This document shows, one piece after another, positions 54,968 to 63,304 of a stretch of 64,000 nucleotides of DNA; the stretch's first letter is position 1; each line of letters starts with the position of its first letter. Below the pieces are notes generated by a model. That model was not told the DNA's origin and did no database searches. It was given only the letters and a program-made list of their open reading frames with translations. The translations under genes were made by a program, and so were the position numbers. Origin of the DNA: an uncultured Erysipelotrichaceae bacterium (lineage in GTDB: Bacteria > Bacillota_I > Bacilli_A > RFN20 > CAG-826); assembly GCA_902785645.1 (NCBI GenBank), contig CACZZG010000010.1:2279-66278 (forward strand). Direction: 5' to 3'.

Positions 54968-55914
54968 GTCTGTTTCTTCCTCCCGATTTTCTTAATTAAA
55001 TGAGTAATTCCTTTTCTAATTAAAGGAATACATAAAGCAATAGTGATTAATACTGCATATAACAAACTCTTAAGTTGAGTTGGTAAACCTAATTTAATCG
55101 CAATAGTGATAATGGTGAAATACAAAATCGCACCAAGCGCTACAGAGATTAACCAGTTCTTAAACGAACGTTTACCAAATATCGCTTCGCCGATAAGAAT
55201 GGAAGCTAAACCGATAACTAAATAGCCTGTCGCACTGACCGTCGATACACTTAATGCGTCTTGCACGTATAATGCACCCGCAAGTGCGATAAGACCGTTT
55301 GATATGGCAATACATGTAATCGTGGCAATTGTCGTGTTAATGCCTTGGCTTCTTGCCATCTTTTCATTCATGCCTGTCGCTCTAATGGCCATACCATATT
55401 CCGTACCGAAGAAGTAATAAATACCGACGATAACAATAAGGACGATAACCACCATAACAATAGTTTCCACTAAACGGTTCCATTGATTCCATGGATAGAA
55501 TATCGAATAAATGGTTTGAACAGGGCTATCTGGTGATAGCTTAGAAGCTAATGGGATTTGGGTGCCAAAGAAATCTTGAGGATTAGTAATACCCATAATC
55601 ATTAAAGCGATTGATGCGGAAGCAGTAAGAGTGATAATACCACTTAATAACTTAGGTATTTTTAATATTCTATTTAAAACGCCAGTGATAATACCGCATA
55701 TAACACCGACGAGCATGCCGAGGATTGTCGCTAAGAATGGATTGATACCGCGATAGATACACGCTGCAGTTAAAGCCGCACCTAAAAGGAAACTTCCTTC
55801 AGCGGTCATATCCGCGAAATCGAGAAGTCTAAATGTGAGGAAAACCCCAATTGCTAATAAGCAGCAGGGTAATCCACTTGTTAAAATGTTAAATATAACA
55901 TTTAATACTTCCAT
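54961..55914 (-). CDS. ABC transporter permease (TrpXYZ/COG4120-type)
   Basis: FRLLDFADMTAEGSF, GMAIRATG.N, SNGLIALAGAL, IGLASILIGE. Confidence 0.9.
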   Translation of the reverse strand: MEVLNVIFNILTSGLPCCLLAIGVFLTFRLLDFADMTAEGSFLLGAALTAACIYRGINPFLATILGMLVGVICGIITGVLNRILKIPKLLSGIITLTASASIALMIMGITNPQDFFGTQIPLASKLSPDSPVQTIYSIFYPWNQWNRLVETIVMVVIVLIVIVGIYYFFGTEYGMAIRATGMNEKMARSQGINTTIATITCIAISNGLIALAGALYVQDALSVSTVSATGYLVIGLASILIGEAIFGKRSFKNWLISVALGAILYFTIITIAIKLGLPTQLKSLLYAVLITIALCIPLIRKGITHLIKKIGRKKQTC

Positions 55915-55919
55915 AATAA

Positions 55920-56930
55920 TTAAGCGTTAATGTCAGTCCAATTATGAGCGTTTTTCATTTCTACAGGCATTTCTAAACCCGCTGTAGAGAGATTGGTGCT
56001 ACTAAAGACATAAGAGCAGTTACTTGCAGGAACTGCAGCGACTTTATAATCTGTTGGAGCTTTTTCATTTTTGATTAAAGAAGCGGCCATTTCACCAGTA
56101 TTTTTACCGAGATTGTAGTAATTGATAGATAAAGTGATATGTCCACCTTCTTTGAGCATACCTTCTTCACCACAGACAACTAAAACATTTCCAGCAGTAG
56201 CAGCTTGTTTAACAGCGTTCATATTTGCAGCGATATTATTATCGGTTGGTAAATAGATAGCGTCCACTCCATCAGCCACTAATGCTTCAGCGGTGGTTTT
56301 GATATCGGAAGAGTTAGAACATGTCTTGATATCAGCAGTCATACCTGCAGCTTTAATAGCCGCTTCAGCTTGGTCAGCTTGAACTTTGGAGTTTTCTTCT
56401 GTTTGTGTATACATGATACCTACTTTAGTAGAAGTAGATTTAAATTCTTTCACTAAAGCAATTTGAGCTTCTACTGGGTTAGCATCGGTTGTACCACAGA
56501 CGAATCCAGATGGATTATCAACGGACTTCACTAAACCAGCATCCACTGGATCGGTGACGGCAGTGAATAATAATGGTTTCTTTAAACCGGCATTCACTTG
56601 TGCGCCTAATAATGCTTTTGAGGCACCGGTTCCAATACCTAAATTGATATCACAGCTATCGACGAGATTCTTCGCTAAAGTATTGAGGTCAGCGTCATTA
56701 CCACCAGCATTGGAATATTTAATATTAATCTTATTTGGTAATCCAGCATCTTTAAGAGCATCTTCAAAGCCTTGTCTAGCCGCGCCTAAGGCGACGTGTT
56801 CAACAGGTTGAAGAATACCGACATTGATAGTGTCCTTTTTTGGATCAACAGGAGTGTACTCAGGCTGCTTTCCGCATGCACCGAGTAAGGCGATAGAGAG
56901 AATTGAGAGGAAGAGTAGTTTCTTTTTCAT
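55920..56930 (-). CDS. ABC transporter substrate-binding lipoprotein (COG2984/TrpX-type, aromatic amino acids)
   Basis: Lipobox LGAC, QPVEHVAL, FTAVTDPV, EENS, PTDN. Confidence 0.88.
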   Translation of the reverse strand: MKKKLLFLSILSIALLGACGKQPEYTPVDPKKDTINVGILQPVEHVALGAARQGFEDALKDAGLPNKINIKYSNAGGNDADLNTLAKNLVDSCDINLGIGTGASKALLGAQVNAGLKKPLLFTAVTDPVDAGLVKSVDNPSGFVCGTTDANPVEAQIALVKEFKSTSTKVGIMYTQTEENSKVQADQAEAAIKAAGMTADIKTCSNSSDIKTTAEALVADGVDAIYLPTDNNIAANMNAVKQAATAGNVLVVCGEEGMLKEGGHITLSINYYNLGKNTGEMAASLIKNEKAPTDYKVAAVPASNCSYVFSSTNLSTAGLEMPVEMKNAHNWTDINA

Positions 56931-56948
56931 AAAATGTCCTTCTTTCTT

Positions 56949-56979
56949 AATAAAAGTTTGGCGTTGTTAGCACCAAACT
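56949..56979 (-). terminator. Attenuator terminator upstream of the ABC operon
   Basis: Minus strand AGUUUGGUG-cuaacaa-CGCCAAACU-UUUAUU, ending 18 nt before the ATG at 56930. Confidence 0.75.
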
Positions 56980-57050
56980 GTTCTTCTCATCTTCATTCGG
57001 TGCTATCTATTTATCAATCAACAACACCTAATAGCTAAAAAGCCAAGATA

Positions 57051-57110
57051 CTATTGATTGTCCCTTGGGAAATAAAAGCTATAAAAGTAATAAAATGCGT
57101 TTCTTAACAT
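57051..57110 (-). CDS. Phe/Tyr-rich attenuator leader peptide MLRNAFYYFYSFYFPRDNQ
   Basis: ATG TTA AGA AAC GCA TTT TAT TAC TTT TAT AGC TTT TAT TTC CCA AGG GAC AAT CAA TAG; 8 of 9 consecutive codons are Phe or Tyr; followed by alternative hairpins. Weak SD. Confidence 0.78.
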   Translation of the reverse strand: MLRNAFYYFYSFYFPRDNQ

Positions 57111-57240
57111 AGTCACTTTTTTCTTGGTAATAAATCTAACGCATTTAATCCTTAATATCAATAATTAAATAAAAATCGGTCAAAAATACCGAATTGGACC
57201 ATAAAATTCTAACTTTTTTCAAGAAATTTCAAAAAAAGTG

Positions 57241-57267
57241 AAAAAAATAGAGGATTTCTCCCCTATT
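57241..57267 (-). terminator. Intrinsic terminator (minus strand)
   Basis: AATAGGGGA-GAAA-TCCTCTATT-TTTTT on the minus strand. Confidence 0.75.
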
Positions 57268-57451
57268 AGTTAGTGTAAGGACTTTTTTATCCTTGCCGTT
57301 TGTTATACGTAAGCGTCTCCTAATGACCAATCGGTTCTTGTAGAGCATTTCCCTCGGAACTCGATAGGAGGCGATGCTTATGGAAATAGTTATTATTTTC
57401 TTAACGCTATTTCTATTTTGCCTAGTAGAAATAATTATAAACAAATGCTGG

Positions 57452-58207
57452 TTATTTGGTAGTGTTTTGTTTCTTTTTCTTTAAGAAGTTAGAGAGCCAT
57501 TTATCGATTCTTTTTGCAAAGTATAGTAATAGGCCCACATACGCGATGATTGTGACACCTACGCGTAAGTAATCTAATGGATCTCTGCTAGTAAATGATG
57601 AAACGCTTTCAGGAATGATTTGTACACCAAAGATGACAGTAGCGCATCCAATACCTCTACATAAAGCGATCTCTAATAAATGGATCCAGAAGTTCATTTT
57701 AGTGGCGCCGCTGACCATACAGATAGCATCGTCAGGGAAGATGGGCAACAAATACATGACAGGGACATAGACCATGCCTTTTTCTTGGATTAATTCTTTA
57801 GCTTCTTCGTATTCATCTTTTCCTAAGATTTTAACAATAGCTTTATTGCCACCAAATCTTCCGATTAAATCCATTACGACAGATGTCAAAATGACACTAG
57901 TTAAACATATTAAGAAAATGAGAAATGGTGGTAAATAATCAAATGTCGCTAAAGATAGTAAGTCAAATATCATGCTACAAGCAGGCATGAAAGATAGGAA
58001 TATAGTCATCACAACACGTAGTGAAATATACACTAAAATAGCCCATGGACCTGATTGTTTAATGTAGCCTTTTAAGACATTAACATCAGTTAAACCAAAG
58101 TGACGTAATAAGAAATATAAACCGACTGAGATACTCGCTAAAACGAGTAAGACTAATACGATTTTTAATACCTTTTTAAATTTATCTTTGTTGATTTTTA
58201 GTTTCAT
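57452..58207 (-). CDS. VTT-domain (TVP38/TMEM64, DedA superfamily) membrane protein
   Basis: IGRFGG, LLPIFPDDAICMVSGATKMNFW; start ATG 58207. Confidence 0.85.
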   Translation of the reverse strand: MKLKINKDKFKKVLKIVLVLLVLASISVGLYFLLRHFGLTDVNVLKGYIKQSGPWAILVYISLRVVMTIFLSFMPACSMIFDLLSLATFDYLPPFLIFLICLTSVILTSVVMDLIGRFGGNKAIVKILGKDEYEEAKELIQEKGMVYVPVMYLLPIFPDDAICMVSGATKMNFWIHLLEIALCRGIGCATVIFGVQIIPESVSSFTSRDPLDYLRVGVTIIAYVGLLLYFAKRIDKWLSNFLKKKKQNTTK

Positions 58208-58383
58208 GCTTACAACATATTTTATTCTTTTGACCAAAATAATAAAAACATTATTTGCATTAATTACCGGCAAAATAAACAACATCAAATTTTATAAAAA
58301 TTGCCGAAAAGTGCAATAAAGTAGTATTTGTAGCAAAAAGATATATAATAATATACACAAAATAGTAGTGAGGTAATTGTTAT

Positions 58384-59871
58384 ATGAAATATCTAAGCAT
58401 TTCAGAAACGGCAATAAAAATGGGATTATCGGAAAGAAGTATCCGTAATTATTGTGCCCAAGGACGTATCCCAGGAGCAATTTTAAAAGGAAAAAGCTGG
58501 TTAATTCCTTTTGATGCTAATAAACCATCAAGAATTAACGGCAAAGAAAATGAATGTGATGAAGAAGCTCTATCTTTGGGTTATGAATTAATCGATTTTA
58601 TCAATAATTCTCCAGTACCTTTTTATGCGATTGAAAATGTTAAACAAAGATTATTAGATGGATCTTATGAACAGAAGTTCGAAAACAAAGATTTTAATTT
58701 GAAACCAGGTTCTAAGGTTTTCTTTATTAGAAACGGTTCTACTTTAATCGCTTTGAATGTCGGCAAAAACGTCAGTAGTGGTAATTGTCATTTCCACATC
58801 ATTGTAAGTCATGACGATTCTCCATGTTTTAAAATCAAACCAGAATGCGATAGCAAAACTGATATTTATAACAAGATCAATGTTGAGACCTATGGTGGAC
58901 TCATTAATTCTACATGGTTAGATAGACCTTTAGGCATCGCTGGTAGAGTAATTGTTAATACTGAACAAGGGTTAGAAACTAGATTAATTAATCTTAACGA
59001 CAATGTCGTGATGATTCCTAATTTATGCATCCATTTCAATCGTGAAATTAACGAAGGATATAAATACGATAAGGCAATCGATTTGCAAGCTTTCATCGGA
59101 CAAGAATTAGAAGGAAATCCACTTAGAGAATTATTAAGTTCACACTTAAATGTGAAAACGGAAGATATTTCTAACTTTGATTTATATTTATATAATCGTG
59201 AATCTGGATATCTTTGGGGCAATAAAAAAGAATACGTCTCCTCTTCTAGATTAGATGATTTGGAATGTGTTTATTGTTCTATGAAAGCATTCTTGCAAGA
59301 AGAAAATGACAACTGCATTAATGTTTTATACATCGCAGATAACGAAGAAGTTGGTTCTTGTTCAAGACAAGGCGCGGATAGTGATTTCTTAGAAACAGTA
59401 TTAGGAAAATGTGTTGATAAATTAGGCGGAGATTATAAAGTTGCTCTAGCAAATTCATTTCTAATAAGCGCGGATAACGCACATGCAGTCCACCCAAATA
59501 AGCCAGGTATTTCTGATGCGGATAATCGTCCATACATGAACAAAGGTATCGCTATTAAATTCAAAGGCGAAATGTTCTATACCACAGATGGCATTTCAGG
59601 AGCGATATTCCAAAGATTATGTGATAGTTCACATACTCCTTATCAATTCTTCACAAATAGAAGCGATATTAGAGGTGGTCATACATTAGGTGCATTACTA
59701 CTTAGCCATGTTTCGATTATGGCGGTGGATATTGGTTTACCACAACTTGCGATGCACTCATCTTTTGAAACCGCAGGAACACTCGATATTAAATATGGTG
59801 TGAACGCATTTAAAGAATTCTATTCCAGTAATATTGAAATAGAAGGCGATAACTATAAGATTTATAAATAA
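58384..59871 (+). CDS. M18 aspartyl aminopeptidase with N-terminal excisionase-like HTH domain
   Basis: SHDDSP, WLDRPLGIAGRV, RLDDL, DNEEVGS, SADNAHAVHPN, QLAMHS; first about 50 aa are an HTH_17-like domain. Confidence 0.9.
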   Translation: MKYLSISETAIKMGLSERSIRNYCAQGRIPGAILKGKSWLIPFDANKPSRINGKENECDEEALSLGYELIDFINNSPVPFYAIENVKQRLLDGSYEQKFENKDFNLKPGSKVFFIRNGSTLIALNVGKNVSSGNCHFHIIVSHDDSPCFKIKPECDSKTDIYNKINVETYGGLINSTWLDRPLGIAGRVIVNTEQGLETRLINLNDNVVMIPNLCIHFNREINEGYKYDKAIDLQAFIGQELEGNPLRELLSSHLNVKTEDISNFDLYLYNRESGYLWGNKKEYVSSSRLDDLECVYCSMKAFLQEENDNCINVLYIADNEEVGSCSRQGADSDFLETVLGKCVDKLGGDYKVALANSFLISADNAHAVHPNKPGISDADNRPYMNKGIAIKFKGEMFYTTDGISGAIFQRLCDSSHTPYQFFTNRSDIRGGHTLGALLLSHVSIMAVDIGLPQLAMHSSFETAGTLDIKYGVNAFKEFYSSNIEIEGDNYKIYK

Positions 59872-59874
59872 ATA

Positions 59875-61185
59875 TTATTGTTCGACTTTTTCAGGTTCTT
59901 GGACCTGTTCCGTTTCTTCTTGTTGTCTCTCTTTGCTCTTACGATTGACCACTAAGCTTCTAATCGCGTGGACTAAGAAGATTAAAGCAACAATAATAAC
60001 GACAATCTTTAAGACAACCACTGTGGAAATAACGATTAAGTACTTAAGTACGATGTTCGCATTATAAGAACCAATCGCCACAGTTTCTAATAAGTTAAAG
60101 AAAGCAGCAATCAAAGAGATATAACCCAATCCTAAGCGATAGGTATCTCCAGTATTTCTGCTTTTATTTATGCCGCGACCAGCAGCGATAAATCTAAAGA
60201 TACATAGTGGAATAGTGACAAATAAGAAAAGGTAAATATCTGAACTGACTTCAATCTTATTCAACATCAAGACAATTGCACCAAAACAGATGATGTCACT
60301 AAATAGTGTGTAGAATAAGGCATTAAATAATAAGATCCATGAGGAACGGCGATTCTCTTTGATCTTGTTGCCTTTAGAGGATTTTTGAATGCCTTTATGC
60401 CAAAGGTAATCAATTAATTTGATTAACATTGTTCCTAAATAGAACAAGATAAGGAACAAATAAATGTTGCTTTTCTTAATGTTATTAAAGGCAATAACTG
60501 AAGTGTAAATAGTGGCCACAAAGCCTAAGAATAGTGTCACTTCATTGTCATAAATCCATGTGGCGACATGTTTAAGCTTATCTTTCGTGGTTAATGGTTG
60601 TCTGGTCTTCGCTCTGACATCAGTGAACACTGCAAGTATTGCGGAAACAATTGTGAACACCGCATTAATTGATAATTGCACGATAAAAATCCATAGGGCA
60701 ACTTCTCTTTTAGGGAATAGTTGATAGAAAACAACATAAACAATGATCAAGACAAGATATGAGAAAGTGATAAAGTCACTGTTTCTATATCCATGTATTA
60801 AAGGGCTATAGTGTTTTCTTGTGCTTACAGCCTCAATTATCCAAAGGATAAATTTGATAAACGCACCTGTACCATAAGCGATGTATGCGTTAAGCGGATG
60901 GATGTATTGAGGGGATCTCCATAAGGCCATGAATAACAAGTAGTCCATCATGAAGATGACACCGATGATTTGCATGACGCCCAAGACCCTCATACCTTTA
61001 TATTCATCTTTGATGAGCGAGGCAATAAAGGTCATTAGTGTTTCAAAAACAAAATAAGCGGCAATACCGATAAACCAGTTGTTTTTACCAAGCAAAACAA
61101 AAACAGAATACCCCGCCATAGCAAAAGAAGTGAGGCAGGAAATAATCGTTAATGCAATTTTTAAACCCTTATTGGATTTTTCCAT
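59875..61185 (-). CDS. Hypothetical polytopic membrane protein (about 12 TM, two similar halves)
   Basis: Two hydrophobic blocks of about 200 aa separated by a basic loop. Confidence 0.7.
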   Translation of the reverse strand: MEKSNKGLKIALTIISCLTSFAMAGYSVFVLLGKNNWFIGIAAYFVFETLMTFIASLIKDEYKGMRVLGVMQIIGVIFMMDYLLFMALWRSPQYIHPLNAYIAYGTGAFIKFILWIIEAVSTRKHYSPLIHGYRNSDFITFSYLVLIIVYVVFYQLFPKREVALWIFIVQLSINAVFTIVSAILAVFTDVRAKTRQPLTTKDKLKHVATWIYDNEVTLFLGFVATIYTSVIAFNNIKKSNIYLFLILFYLGTMLIKLIDYLWHKGIQKSSKGNKIKENRRSSWILLFNALFYTLFSDIICFGAIVLMLNKIEVSSDIYLFLFVTIPLCIFRFIAAGRGINKSRNTGDTYRLGLGYISLIAAFFNLLETVAIGSYNANIVLKYLIVISTVVVLKIVVIIVALIFLVHAIRSLVVNRKSKERQQEETEQVQEPEKVEQ

Positions 61186-61286
61186 AATCAAAAATATTTT
61201 AACTGAAATATAGAAGTCTTTTCTATATTATTGCAAATAAATTCCAATAATGAGAAAATAACCACATCCATAAGGGGGATAAAATC

Positions 61287-61985
61287 ATGATTTGTAGCAA
61301 AGAAGTAATGACTTTCTATCATGAAAGTGAGAACTTTGTTCTCGGTTGTTCAAAAGATCTCGATGTCGTTAGACAATTATTCTTATCCTCTATCTGTAAT
61401 GATCAAGCTAAAGCAGATGCATTTATTAATGCTTTGCCTAATATCAAAAAAGATTTAGAAAAAGATTTATCTTTCTTTATGGATAGTGACCCCGCAGTGG
61501 ATAGCAAAGAAGAAGTTATCTTAGCTTACCCAGGGTTTAAAGCCATTAGATATTATCGTATTGCTCATGAATTATATTTGTTAGGTGAAAAACTTAACGC
61601 TAGAATCATCGCGGAAGAAGCGCATGAACAAACAGGCGTTGATATTCATCCGGGTGCGACAATTGCTTGCCCATTATTTATTGACCATGGTACCGGTATT
61701 GTTATTGGTGAAACCGCGATCATTGGTGAAAGAGTGAAGATTTATCAATCAGTGACTTTAGGCGCATTATCTTTGTCTAAAGGCAGTAATTTAAAAGGCA
61801 TTAAAAGACATCCAACCATTGGAAATGATGTCACTATATATGCAGGTGCATCTATATTGGGTGGAGATGTTACCATAGGTAATAATGTCACAATTGGTTC
61901 TAACGTCTTCTTGATGGAATCAATCCCGGACAATATGAAAGTGACAATTGGCAAACCAGAATTAGTGTTACAAAAACGAAAATAA
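61287..61985 (+). CDS. cysE: Serine O-acetyltransferase
   Basis: DPAVDS..EVILAYPG, TGVDIHPGA, FIDHGTGIVIGET, KRHPT. Confidence 0.93.
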   Translation: MICSKEVMTFYHESENFVLGCSKDLDVVRQLFLSSICNDQAKADAFINALPNIKKDLEKDLSFFMDSDPAVDSKEEVILAYPGFKAIRYYRIAHELYLLGEKLNARIIAEEAHEQTGVDIHPGATIACPLFIDHGTGIVIGETAIIGERVKIYQSVTLGALSLSKGSNLKGIKRHPTIGNDVTIYAGASILGGDVTIGNNVTIGSNVFLMESIPDNMKVTIGKPELVLQKRK

Positions 61986-61987
61986 TT

Positions 61988-62018
61988 GGAGCATTTAATT
62001 GCTCCTTTTATTTTTTTT
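61988..62018 (+). terminator. Intrinsic terminator
   Basis: GGAGCA-TTTAAT-TGCTCC followed by a T run. Confidence 0.7.
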
Positions 62019-62072
62019 CTATGATTTATTTGAAAACTGGCTATAATAAAGTAGCAAAAAGGAGAATTAATT

Positions 62073-62441
62073 ATGAGAAACGCTTCAAAAGTCATGTATA
62101 AAATCGGCAGAGTCTTCAGCTTTGTCTTATTAGCTTTATTTGCCGTTTTATTCGTTGTCTATTCCATTTTATTAGTCGTCCACATTATTCAAGGTGTAGA
62201 TGCAGCTGTTATCGGTGCAGACATTGGTACAATGATTTGGGCATTAATTTGGACAGGTTTAGTCATCGTCTTAATTATTCTTGCTACAAGAGCAATTAAG
62301 AATATGGAAGAAGATGCGAAAGCCAATGGCCCACACATTGTTATGATCGTTTTCGGTGCTATTACTGGTGATATCTTCTACTTATTAGGTGGTATCTTCG
62401 GTTTAATCGCTAACGGACAAGATAACGGTTCACAAGAATAA
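62073..62441 (+). CDS. Hypothetical membrane protein
   Basis: AAGGAG RBS, 3-4 TM segments, own terminator. Confidence 0.75.
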   Translation: MRNASKVMYKIGRVFSFVLLALFAVLFVVYSILLVVHIIQGVDAAVIGADIGTMIWALIWTGLVIVLIILATRAIKNMEEDAKANGPHIVMIVFGAITGDIFYLLGGIFGLIANGQDNGSQE

Positions 62442-62465
62442 TTGAATTATCAACCAAAAGAAAAG

Positions 62466-62489
62466 ACAGGAATTTATTCCTGTTTTTTT
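62466..62489 (+). terminator. Intrinsic terminator
   Basis: ACAGGAAT-TT-ATTCCTGT-TTTTTT. Confidence 0.7.
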
Positions 62490-62559
62490 GTTTCTTCTCA
62501 TCAGTATCAATTGTGTTTGATTAGTTTATCTACTTTATGTAGAATAAAAACACTGTTTT

Positions 62560-63303
62560 ATGGATTTACTAAGATGGCATAAGTATAACCAAGAGTGCGC
62601 TCATAAAAATGAATATGAGTTAACACCTTATCTCGTGGAAGATAAAAACGCTCCTGTGGTAGTGGTCTGCCCAGGTGGTGGTTATCGTATGGTCGCTTCA
62701 TTTGTTGAAGGTAAACCTGTCGCAGAATATTTCCAAAGCCAAGGCATTAACGCTTTTGTGTTGCGCTATAAAGTTAAACAATTTGCACATTATCCTGGAC
62801 CACTTGAAGATATCGCTCATGCTTTGAATGATATTAAAAATATTTATAAATTATCTTTAGATAATTATGCTTTATGTGGCTTCTCCGCAGGTGGACATAT
62901 GTGTGGATTATTTGGCACAAAAGAATTTGGTTATGAAAAGTACAATTTACCAAAGCCAAATATTTTAATGCTTGTTTATCCTGTTGTATCATTAGACAAA
63001 AAGATTACTCATAAAGGCACAAGAAAATGGTTCGCTGGTGAAAAAGATAGTGAAGCATTAGAAATTGGTAATCTCCATCACCATATCGATGAGCAATATC
63101 CAAAGACTTTCATTTGGAGAGGTATGAAAGATAAATCCGTTCCTTATGTTAATAGCGATCTATTGATCGATGAACTATATAAAAACAAAATTGATTTCAA
63201 ATACACCAAATACTATAAAGTTGGTCATGGCATTGGTTTAGCAATTGGTACACCCGCAGGAGAATGGGCTCCAAAAGCGGTGAGTTTTTGGTTGAATAGG
63301 TAA
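62560..63303 (+). CDS. Alpha/beta hydrolase (esterase)
   Basis: VCPGGGY, nucleophile GFSAGG, D.SVP, HGIG. Confidence 0.88.
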   Translation: MDLLRWHKYNQECAHKNEYELTPYLVEDKNAPVVVVCPGGGYRMVASFVEGKPVAEYFQSQGINAFVLRYKVKQFAHYPGPLEDIAHALNDIKNIYKLSLDNYALCGFSAGGHMCGLFGTKEFGYEKYNLPKPNILMLVYPVVSLDKKITHKGTRKWFAGEKDSEALEIGNLHHHIDEQYPKTFIWRGMKDKSVPYVNSDLLIDELYKNKIDFKYTKYYKVGHGIGLAIGTPAGEWAPKAVSFWLNR

Positions 63304-63304
63304 T

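Noticed and set aside
56931-57240. T-box riboswitch upstream of the aromatic amino acid ABC transporter
   Set aside because: No GGUGGNACC antiterminator bulge or stem I motifs were found. The leader-peptide model explains the sequence better.
57400-57430. c-di-GMP-I riboswitch suggested by GGCAAA on the minus strand
   Set aside because: The rest of the motif (GNRA-capped P2 and GCAAAGC) is absent.
57229-57444. 71-aa minus-strand ORF
   Set aside because: TTG start without an RBS, runs through a terminator, and has no recognisable features.
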